This document shows positions 38,918 through 48,500 of a stretch of DNA of 64,000 nt, piece by piece. The notes below the pieces were generated by a model that saw only the letters and a list, made by a program, of their open reading frames with translations, was not told the DNA's origin and did not search any database. Source of the DNA: a virus; the IMG/VR virus record IMGVR_UViG_3300019360_000007, positions 1 to 64,000 of that record. One strand, written 5' to 3'. Numbering within the stretch: the stretch's first letter is position 1; each line of letters opens with the position of its first letter. The position numbers and the translations under genes are program-made.

Positions 38918-40461
38918 GGCGTCACCTTCACGATGTCTCCGTCGAGATAGCGCTGCATGCGGGCCGAGTAGAGTCGGTCACCCTTGCCGCGGAACACGAC
39001 GAGGGACCGCGTGACCTTGGTGACCACGACCTCGTCTCCAGGGGCGTATGTGATCCCGGATCCGTAGTCGGCCAACCGCGTGAAGCGCATCCTGTCACCG
39101 ACCTTCGGAGGGTCCGGGAGCCTGAAGCCCTCCTCCCGCATCTGGAAGTAGCGGGGGAAGTACTGCCGGATGGTCCTCTCGTGCTCCTCGGGACGCCCAA
39201 CACGCGAACCCATCTTCCTCGCGGCGATATGGTCCCATTCCGGGTTCTCAAGGAACGGGATGCTGTAGGCGACGTCCTCCTCGTACCAGAAGGCACCGCC
39301 CCACACCTCGCCGTGCTTGATGGCGGCGGGGCTGAGCATCTTCCTCGCCACCGACGGAGCCACCCGCATCCCGCCGTGACCTGCCGTCGAGAACCAGGAC
39401 ACTCCGGGGACGATCTTGTACTCGGTCTGGGCCTGTCCCCACGGGGTCCTCGGCGCGGAACGGTCTCCGTCAGCCCAGTCTCGGTCGGCACGAGCGGTTC
39501 TCTCGTGCGCCTCCTTTCCATGGCGGAGGGCCCTGTCGATCAGCCCGGTGATCGCCGCTCTCTGACGCGGCGTGACGTCCTTGCCTTCCTCCTTCAGCCA
39601 CGCCCTCAGGTACTGCGCCACTCCGACGGCCTTCGGAGATCCAGGCGCCATCCGTTCCAGACGGATCTCCGTCGCCCGGATCGCCTTGTCGAGGCCGTCT
39701 CTCTCGATGGCGTCTAGCCACCTCCGGCCGGCCCGCAGGTAGACATCCTTCGGGACGTTCACCGCCTTGGCCACCACGTCCTCGGCCGCCCTGAGATAGA
39801 CCGCGCCATGCTGCGTCACTCCCCGCATCCCGAAGTCTGGATCGCGGACGTTCCCGCGTGGGTTCGTCCTCTCCGGCCCCTTCCAGCCCTTGGCCTTGAG
39901 GATGTCCCCGTTCTCCATGTCCACGAACGTGTGGACGCTCCGGCTGGAGCCCTCGTTCTTGACGATGCGCCAGTACTTCGGCCCGCGGTCGAGGGTGATC
40001 GTCGGCGGAGTCAGCTTCGGGTGGTGGGCGGCGAAGTACTTGTTGAGGGTCTCCTGGACCAGCTCGGCGTACTTCTCGGTCCGCCGGACGATCTCCTGAT
40101 CAAACGCCGCGCGCTTGACGAGACTGTACACGTCCCCCTCGTGCGGATCGGTCGATATCGTGATGACCTTGCGCTTGGCAAGAGCCCTGGCCGCCGACAT
40201 GATCTTCCCGAGGTTGAGTCGCGTGCTGCGAGCAAGGTCCGTGAGGCTCGCTCGACCAGAGTCCGCTCGTCGTAGCGCATCGAGGATGACATCCTGTCCG
40301 GCGGCAGCTTCCCGCGCTCTCGTGTCAGCATCGACCGACAGGAGGTCGGACGCCTCTCGTAGGAGGATCCGGGCCGTCATGACCCTCTCCGGGGACATCT
40401 TGCTCAGGAGATGCTTCTTGATCACTTGGCGAGCCTCCGTCACTTCTCTTCCGGCGGCCAT
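38914..40461 (-). CDS. Mosaic multi-domain protein (winged HTH plus small phage DUF-like modules), ~515 aa
   Basis: wHTH-like VILDALRR...SLTDLARSTRL...AARALAKRKVI; module KYWRIV...RSVHTFVDMENGDILKAKGWKGP; module TPWGQAQ...PGVSWFSTAGHGG...WYEED; SH3-like tail. Start may be GTG near 40443. Confidence 0.65.
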   Translation of the reverse strand: MAAGREVTEARQVIKKHLLSKMSPERVMTARILLREASDLLSVDADTRAREAAAGQDVILDALRRADSGRASLTDLARSTRLNLGKIMSAARALAKRKVITISTDPHEGDVYSLVKRAAFDQEIVRRTEKYAELVQETLNKYFAAHHPKLTPPTITLDRGPKYWRIVKNEGSSRSVHTFVDMENGDILKAKGWKGPERTNPRGNVRDPDFGMRGVTQHGAVYLRAAEDVVAKAVNVPKDVYLRAGRRWLDAIERDGLDKAIRATEIRLERMAPGSPKAVGVAQYLRAWLKEEGKDVTPRQRAAITGLIDRALRHGKEAHERTARADRDWADGDRSAPRTPWGQAQTEYKIVPGVSWFSTAGHGGMRVAPSVARKMLSPAAIKHGEVWGGAFWYEEDVAYSIPFLENPEWDHIAARKMGSRVGRPEEHERTIRQYFPRYFQMREEGFRLPDPPKVGDRMRFTRLADYGSGITYAPGDEVVVTKVTRSLVVFRGKGDRLYSARMQRYLDGDIVKVTP

Positions 40462-40703
40462 TCGCCGCGCCCGAAGACCTCCAGGTATCCCTCAAACTTC
40501 GCGAGCATCCGCTCGTCGTCCGTGCATCTCGTGGGAGCCTCCTGGAACGGGATACCCACGAGGGGGATATAGGCTCCTCACCGAGGGCTGGCCGGACTCA
40601 GGTGCCCTCGTCGTCGGCGCGTGTCCTGCCGGACCGCAGACGACGGACCGGCATGTAGACGATAGGCTTGATGCCGAACCCGAGGCGGGCGGCCTCTTAG
40701 TTT

Positions 40704-42404
40704 CTAACCGGAGATCTGGGCCCCGATGCGGGGCGGCTCAATGCCCAAGTCCAGGAGACGTCGCCTGAGAAAACCCTCGTCGAGCCCCTTCGGATCTGAC
40801 TGACGCACCACGAGTGTGGCGTATCCCTCCTCCCGAGCTCGCCGCAGTTTGAGAAGATCGAGCCGAACGCGACGCTCAAAGTTCTCAGGGACCTTGTGCC
40901 AGTACGGGATGAACTCCTCGTGCTGACGCCCGTGCGCCTCGACCAGGAGCTTCACGAGAGGAAAATAGCCGTCGTAGCGCAGAGGATAGTTGGTCTCCGG
41001 GTTCCTGATCCTCGTGTCCGTGTACTCCCACTCGTACGCCAGACCGCCGAGGACTTCGGCCACCCGGTCGAGCACCCGCTTCTGAAAAGCGAGACGGTTG
41101 CGGGTGGGGAGACCAAGCTGGCGGCAGTACCGACGGACGGCAAGTTGAGAACAGTCGCGCGCCTCGGAGGCTTCCGCCACGAGGACCCTGCCTGCGGAGT
41201 CCATGAAAGGGCGAAGTTGCTCCTCCGTAAGGTCCAACCGAAGCGCAGTCTTGTCCCTGATGACGGACCCTGTCGCCACGAGAAGGGACTGGGGAAACAG
41301 AGACTTGTAGGCCACATGTGCGTGGGCATTCTGGACGTGACTGTTCAAAGCCTCAGCCCTGTGGCCACACAGGCGGCATGTGACGTAGTCTTCGGGTTCG
41401 CACTTGCCTTCCCACTGGGCTTCGATTTCCTCAAGTTGGCGGGCGGCCCGGCAGTCATCACAGCGCGTCTCGTGCGTCTCGGGAGCAAGAAACGCCGACA
41501 CCTCGTGTAGGACGCGACAGTCGGGACACTCGATCTGCTTCGTAGCCCCCGCATGCGAGGACCTTTCCCATGACTCGGATTGCGCTTGAGACCTCCGCTC
41601 AGTCAAGGAATGCGCCCGGATCGGGACGTCGCCATGCTTGTTACGGTACTCGTCGGCCGTCAGCCCGTGCGCCTTGAGGTGCGTCGCCAGGGTCTCCCCA
41701 CGAAACTCGCACTCTCGGCATCGCACGTAGTCGTCGTTCTCGATCTTGTCGACCCACCGGAGGTCCTCCTGGCCGTCCCTCCAGACGCGGTGAGCCTCAT
41801 CCCCAGCAGCACAGCGATGACGCACGTGGGAGGCGAGTCCGCGTACCCCCTCGCACCGGAATCCACAAATCGGGCACTCCCGATCAGGATGACGCTCGGC
41901 ACCCCTGCACTCCGAGCACAGAAGCCGGAGAGAGCGCGCAATCGAAACTCGATTTGCCCGGTAGATCTCGCCGCACCCCGAACACAAGACGTCAATCTCT
42001 TCAAGATCCCGAGGGCCCGAACGCGCCTGATTGTGCGCTACCGCCTTACGACGTTGGAGGTCCCGCGCACGCCCCTGCATGAGGGTTTCGCCGAATTCCT
42101 CCCCCCACCACCGCCTGACGACCGAGAAGTGAACCCCCGTGTGCTCAGCCACGCTCTTGAGAGAAAGCTCCCCATGGAACATAGCCACCGCCGTGATTCG
42201 TGCCCGGTCGAGTTCGACGCCCTTGAGACGGCTCCTCTGGCCACTCTGGGCCGCTCTTTTACGGGCCTGCAAGCCCTCCTCGCCGTGCACCTCAACCCAC
42301 CACCCCCGGACTTGATCCCGAGGAATGCTGAGGGACTGAGCTGCGTCGACGAGCTTAACGCCCTCATCGAACATTTGGAGGGCGCGCTGACGGATGCCGT
42401 CCAT
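40704..42404 (-). CDS. Free-standing putative homing endonuclease: 2x HTH, multiple Zn fingers, C-terminal PD-(D/E)XK-like nuclease, 566 aa
   Basis: Two HTH repeats ending V(R)GWW/VRRWW; CxxC pairs; DYVRCREC...LATHLKAHGLTADEYR (Ros/MucR-like finger); NPETNYPLRYDGYF...LLVEAHGRQH nuclease motif; codon usage visibly less GC3-biased. Confidence 0.7.
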   Translation of the reverse strand: MDGIRQRALQMFDEGVKLVDAAQSLSIPRDQVRGWWVEVHGEEGLQARKRAAQSGQRSRLKGVELDRARITAVAMFHGELSLKSVAEHTGVHFSVVRRWWGEEFGETLMQGRARDLQRRKAVAHNQARSGPRDLEEIDVLCSGCGEIYRANRVSIARSLRLLCSECRGAERHPDRECPICGFRCEGVRGLASHVRHRCAAGDEAHRVWRDGQEDLRWVDKIENDDYVRCRECEFRGETLATHLKAHGLTADEYRNKHGDVPIRAHSLTERRSQAQSESWERSSHAGATKQIECPDCRVLHEVSAFLAPETHETRCDDCRAARQLEEIEAQWEGKCEPEDYVTCRLCGHRAEALNSHVQNAHAHVAYKSLFPQSLLVATGSVIRDKTALRLDLTEEQLRPFMDSAGRVLVAEASEARDCSQLAVRRYCRQLGLPTRNRLAFQKRVLDRVAEVLGGLAYEWEYTDTRIRNPETNYPLRYDGYFPLVKLLVEAHGRQHEEFIPYWHKVPENFERRVRLDLLKLRRAREEGYATLVVRQSDPKGLDEGFLRRRLLDLGIEPPRIGAQISG

Positions 42405-42440
42405 GACGAGTCACCCTACTAGAAGTAGGATGACTCGTCA
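42404..42440 (-). promoter_or_regulatory. 17-bp hairpin sequestering RBS and first base of the endonuclease start codon
   Basis: Minus strand TGACGAGTCATCCTACT-TCT-AGTAGGGTGACTCGTCA-(TG); 16 Watson-Crick pairs plus one G-U. Confidence 0.75.
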
Positions 42441-42482
42441 ATAGGACAGAATTTTTGCTCGTGAAGGCCCAATCGACACACC

Positions 42483-42526
42483 TCATTCACGACAAACGAC
42501 CCACCAAGGACCGAAATCGTGAATGA
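42483..42526 (-). promoter_or_regulatory. Stem-loop immediately 3' of the sheath stop codon (mRNA stabiliser or processing site candidate)
   Basis: Perfect 10-bp inverted repeat TCATTCACGA...TCGTGAATGA; no U-tract. Confidence 0.4.
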
Positions 42527-42531
42527 TTACG

Positions 42532-45500
42532 CTAACCTCCGAGATTCGAGCGCAGGTTGAACGTGATCACAATATAGAGCAAAGGAAAAATCGGTTGGTA
42601 GAATGCTTCCACCTCCACAACGGTGGGGTCGTTCGTTGTGCGCGCCTGGATGCCGGTGAACGCCGCGATGATCTCGGCGTTCTTGAGCGCCTTCATGGTG
42701 GTCGCGAGCTGGCCCTCGATCTCGGACAGGACGCCCGGCAGGAACTTGATGCCGATGAACCTGTCGAGGTCGCGCCGCGCTGCCCTCTGGACCTCGTCGG
42801 CGATGGTGATGACCGTCGGGAGCTTCGTGAGGATGTTCGTCGGATCGGTCGTGAGTCCCTGCCGGACCCGGATGACCGTCCCCCGCTGCTCCATGACGGT
42901 GACGCCCTGCACGGCGACCTGGTTCTGCTCGACCGCGTCGAGTTTGCGGGCCAGCTCGTCGAACCCGACGATCCGAGCCCTCGTCCACGGGGTCGCCACG
43001 TCGATGTTCGGCGACGCCCTGTTGCCCGCCATGGCGGCCGCGAGGTAGGTACCGTCCACCAGGAACTGCTTGAAGTTCCCGAGCGCGTCCTGGATCGTCA
43101 GGGTGACGATGTCCGGGTACACGAGGCGGATGCGCGTGTTCTCGATCTGCTGCGCGATCCCGCCGACTTCCGTGGGCTGCGTGCCCGAGGCCACGCCGAT
43201 GATGCCGGTCCGCTCGGCGCGGAACCGGATGCTGGACTGGATGTCGCAGTGGTTGCTGAGCTGGAGGAACAGGTCGATGTCGTCGCCCCGCATCGGGGTG
43301 ATCGTGTCGAGCACCGCGCCTCCAGGCAGAGAACCGCGCAGGTCGTTGAGCGCGTCGCTGTAGCTCTGCGTGCTCGCCTGGTTGCTTCCCGGGATCTTCG
43401 GCACCTGCTTGATGCCGAGGACCACGGCTCCGTTGAGGAACGCCAGGAACGCCGCGAGGGAGACCTGGTTGTCCGGCGTCGTGTCCCCGTAGTTCCGCTC
43501 CACGGCCCTCTGGCTCGTGAAGAGCATCGTCTCGAAGTCCGCCGCCGTCTTCGCGTAGTTGTAGGTGATGAAGTAGGAGTCCCCGACGGCGGGCTCCTGG
43601 CCCCCGCGGTCGAAGGTCTCGACGATGGCCGTGTCGCCCTGCGGGATCGACGATCCCTCGGTGTTCGCCACGATCAGCTCGAGCCCGGAGATCGAGTTGA
43701 CCGGGATGTTCGCGTCGGTCGTGACGAGCTTGCGCACCTGGAACGTGAACGAGGCCCCGGCCCCCGTCGGGTAATCGGCCCCGCCCGTGCGCGGGAGAAT
43801 CGTGAACACGAGACCCGTCACCGTGTCGCGGTAGCTCTGGCTGATCATCCCGTCCTGGCCCACGCCGCTGTTGAAGCACGACGTGTTGGCCGAGCCCGAC
43901 CCGTCGACGGGGTCGCTGCTCGTGACGAAGAAGCCCTGGAACCCCGACTCTCCCGCGGCGCCCTGGCCTGACGTGACGCCGAGGCCCGTCCCGGTGAGCA
44001 GCCAGTCAGCCGTGGTCGCGGTCTCGAACAGGATGTTCGACGAGGACCCGAGCCCGACGATGTTGTTGGCCTGGCTCTCGATGAACAGGAACTCGTTGTT
44101 CGCCGAGTCGCGCTCGACTCCCGCGAGTGCCTGGGCCGCGAACCACGTCAGGTCAGGCATCTGGTAGTCGAGGATGGCCCCGTTGATCGTCGAGCTGTGG
44201 TGCATCATCAGCGCGGAGGCCACGAGCTCGGGATCGACCGTCGAGCGCGCCGCGGTCGCGCCCTCGGAGAACCCGAGCACGTTGTTGGCATTGCCGTTGC
44301 CGAGGGTGATGGCCGAGTTCGTGGTCACGATCCCGCTGACGAGGCGGATGCCGGCACCCTCCTGGGCCACCACGGAGGCCGGGAGACCGGCCCCGACCGC
44401 GGCGTCCTGGATCTGCTTGAGCACCGTGTTCGGGAACGTGATCGGTCCGAGCGGCACGTCGGCCTGTCCGGCCGCCGGGATCGCCGCGCCCACCGAGTCC
44501 TTGAAGACGACGGTGAACGCGGTCCCGTCGATGTTCACCTTCCAGACGTTGTTCTGCGGGTTCACGCCGCCCGACCCGTAGAAGCGCACGCGAGGCTGGC
44601 CATCGCGAGCGTCAGCGAAGGTACCGGCCGGGACTTGGCCGTCCTTGAAGCCGACCTCTCCGAACAGGGACGCGGGACGCAGCGTGGCCTCGATCCCGGC
44701 GAGGCCGACAGCCTTGGGCTGCAGGCCCGTCTCCGTGACCGCGTTCGTGCCCTGCGTGATCAGGCTCGTCTGCGCGACCTGGCTCTGCGGCTCCAGCGAG
44801 CCGGAGCCGGGGAGGACGCGGTTGCGCATGATGATCCGGTCGTAGATGAGCCGTCCCGACGTTCCCGACACCGTGAAGCGGCGCGCGATGTCGCCGTCCA
44901 CGATCTTGGTCTGCTCCTGGCTCGGCAACGCGTCCGTGGACAGGCCGCAGATGATGGCGAAGTCCTCCGCGACGGTGGCGCCGTCGAGGAATTCCCAGAC
45001 GCCTCCGCCGAGACCGGAGCCTCCCGTGAGTGTCGCGCCCGATACCGGCAGGCGGATGGCGGTCGAGCTCGCCAGGGTGATGAAGTTGCCCGTCGGACCG
45101 GGCACCGCCGCCGTGATGTCGACGACGGCCGAGGTGCCGCTCGAGTTGTCCGCGGTCACGATACCCACGAGCCCGTTCAGCGCGTCGGAGATGGCTGCCA
45201 CGAGGGACGACGCCACCTGCACCGTCGTCGCGCCGCCCACGAACGTCGCTCCCGAGACGGGCAGGCGCACACCGGTCGACGAGGCAATCGTGTAGGTGTT
45301 GCCGATCACGCCGGGCGTGTCGGACCAGACGGTCACCGTGGTGCTGGTGCCTCCCGCGTTGTCGGCCGACACCGCGGCCGCCAAGCCGTTGCCGAGGTCG
45401 TTGATGGCGGCCACGATGCTGCTCGCGACCGTGAGGTTCGTGCCCACGCCGCCCGCCAGCGTCGGACCGCTCCGGATGAGCCTCGTCGCGCTGCTGCTCG

Positions 45501-48500
45501 CGAGGACGATGGTGTTGCCGGCGTTCCCCGGCGTGACGGCCGTGATCGTCACGACCGCCGCGACGACACCGGTGAACACGAGGGCGGGGAGAGACGCCGT
45601 GATCGACGCCCCGAGCGAGGTGGCGACGGTGGTGTTGTCGCCCACGCCACCGAGCAGCGTGCCCGCCGAGAGCGTGATCCTCGTGGCACCAGTCGACTCC
45701 ATCAGCAGGATGCCGTTTCCGACGGTCCCCGGCGTGAAGGACATGATCGTGACGACGTTGCTGGTGCCGCCCGCGTTGGTCGCGACGACTCCTCCCACCA
45801 GACCGTTGCCCGCGTCGGCGATGGCTGCCACGAGACTCGTGGCGGCCGAGATGTCGTCGCCCACGCCTCCCGTGAGCGTCGCGCCGGAGAGCACGAACCT
45901 GCCCGCGGCGGTCGTGCTGAGCGTAATCGTGTTCCCCACGGCTCCCGGCGTGACGGCCGTGAGGACCATGGTCGTGGCCCCCGAAGACGTCGCGGTGACG
46001 TCCACGGCGAACGAGTTGGCGACGTCGTTGACGGCCGCAATCGCGTCGTCGCGCGCGGACGTGTTCGTGCCCAGGCCGCCCGCGAGCGTCGCGCCGGCGA
46101 AGGTGAGGCGCGCCGGCGCGGTCGACACCGTGGAGATGGAGTTGCCGCCGGTCCCGGGCGTGATCGCCCGGAGGTCCACCGTGGCCGACGTGCCGCCCGT
46201 GTTGTGCGCCTGCACCGTGCTGGTCAGGCCATTGAGAGGATCGAGGATGGCCGCAACGATGGCGGTGGCCGTCGTGATCTCGTCGCCGACGCCGCCGGCA
46301 AACGTCGCGGAGATCGTGACGGTGCCGTCGGAGGACAGGTTGGCCACGGCGTTCGCCGCCATGCCCGGCACCGTCCACGTCACCGTGACGTCGTTCGGAC
46401 CGGGGCCGACCGCCGCGCTCGAGAACGCGGCGAACGAGTTGAGCGGGTCGTTGAGGGCGGCCGCGATGTCGGCGGCGATGGCCGCCGTCGTGCCCAGCGT
46501 GTTGTCGTAGTCGTTCGCGCCCGGAGTACGAGGACCGCCGGCCGGGACGAGGACGTACGGACCACCCGCGATGGCGCCGGTGTCGATGGTGATCGTCGCC
46601 GACGAGGGGGAGGCCGTCACCGTGATCGTCGCCGTCGCCTGGGTGCCAGCATCGAAGTTCAGTCCGCCCGGCGTCGTAACGTTGTCCGCCGTGAGCGGGA
46701 TGCCGGCGATGGTGATCGTGTCCCCGTAGAGCACGCCCGTGCTCGGGAGCGCCGTGGTGACGACGGTCAACGTGCTGAGAGCACGCACGCCCGCGAAGAA
46801 GTCGTCCGCGCCCGAGGTGCGGGCGACGTCGACGGGAGTCAGCACGTTGCCGTTGAGCGTGAGCGTGTCCGCGGCGACGACCGGGTACGGGGCCGCCGAG
46901 GCCACCCGGACGCCGCTGAACCCGACGGTTCCGGTCGCGGCCGTGCCGACGTTGAAGTCGAGGCCACCCGGCGTCAGGGTGTTGCTCGCCGTGAGGGTCA
47001 CGGGGCCGCCACCGACGACGGACGTGTCGATGGTGATCGTGTCCCCGTACTGGACGCCCATTAGAGTGGCCGTGCCCGACGCACGGGTGCCGACGTCGAA
47101 CTCGTTCGCCGCCGGTGCCCCCGAGACGCCGAGGAACACTTGGCCGTCCACGGTGACCGTGTCGCCTGGGATCGGCCCGGCGACGGTGATGGTGCCCGTC
47201 GCGCGCGTGCCCTCGTTGAAGTTCAGGCCGCCCGGCGTCTGGGCGCCGGCCGCCGTGATCAGGACAGGTCCGCCGCCGGCATCGATGGTGAAGGTGTCGC
47301 CCGGCTGGACGCCCATCGGCATGAGCGTCGCGCGTGCTTGGCCCGTGTCGAAGTTCTGCGCGCCCGAGATCTGCGCGAGATCCCCCGTCAGGGTCACGCC
47401 GTCGATGGTGACGGTGTCTCCGAGAACCGCGAGGGCCGAGGTCACGGTCCCGGTGGCGAAGGTGCCGAGGTCGGTCGGGGTCGCCGAGAACGTGAACCGC
47501 ATGCCTCCGTCGGCGTTCGCCGTGCACGTGATGTCCATGCCGGAGAAGCTGGCGGGGAGCGCCCCGATGGCCGTCTGGAGCGCGGAGTCGACCGCCGCCG
47601 CCATGGTCGTCGGCGACGTGTAGGTTCCCGGGGCGATGGTCGCCGTGACGGGACCCGTGGGTCCGTTGGTCACGCCGGTGTAGTTGAAGACGAGCTTGTC
47701 GTAGCGCCCGGCCGTGATCACCGTCGACCCGAGGAACCTCGTCGTCCCGTCGAGGAAGGGGTTGTTGGCGACGAGCTTCGCCTCGGCGTTGATCGCCTCG
47801 ACGTACGCGTCGGCGTTCACCGCCGTCTGCGAGGGCACCGTGACGGTGACGACGACGCCGTCCACGGTGAACGACACGTTGTCGTTGATCCCGCTGAGGA
47901 TGTCGTAGGTCGTCTTGCCGGAGTCGTCGGTGTACTGGATCTCCTCGCCGAGCAGGCTCGCGTAGAACCCGAGCCCCTGGATCCCGTGCGGGGCGGAGAG
48001 GTCGATGCCCGCCGCTCCGCCCGCCAGCGCGCTGCTGTCGATGGTGAAGCGGGCCCGGTCGGACGCACCCGAGACGAAGAAGTACGGGCCGGCGCCCGGC
48101 ACCGTGAACTTGGCGATGGTCGCGTCCTTGTCCGCGAACTGGACCGTGACTGTCTCCTCGACCGGCCCCTGCGTGCCGCCCTCGAAGTGAACGTCGGGCG
48201 TGAGCTCGCTGCCGGAGGGGAATTCGATGGTCACGCCCGTGAGCGCGGGACCCTTGCTCCCGAACTTCGGCGTGTAGATCGGGTTGCCGTTCTTGTCGAA
48301 CAGGAAGTACGTGCCGATGCCCGACGGTCCGCTGGTCTCGACCTGGACCGTGTACTCCTCGTCGACCATGATGTTGTACCAGAAGGTCGCGAAGACGTCG
48401 GCACCCACGGGAACCGGGTTCTCGAGCGTGATGATCGTCCCCTCGACCTTGGTCACCGACACGGCGCCCCGGTTGAGCGCGTCCTCGATGCCGAACCCCC

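Noticed and set aside
40441-40560. Possible 39-aa ORF (MGIPFQEAP...WPPEEK) upstream of the mosaic gene
   Set aside because: Too short, no clear RBS or motif; cannot be supported from sequence alone.
44612-47527. 971-aa alternate-frame minus ORF rich in R/H/G inside the sheath
   Set aside because: Off-frame product of the T/A/G-rich repeat block in high-GC DNA.
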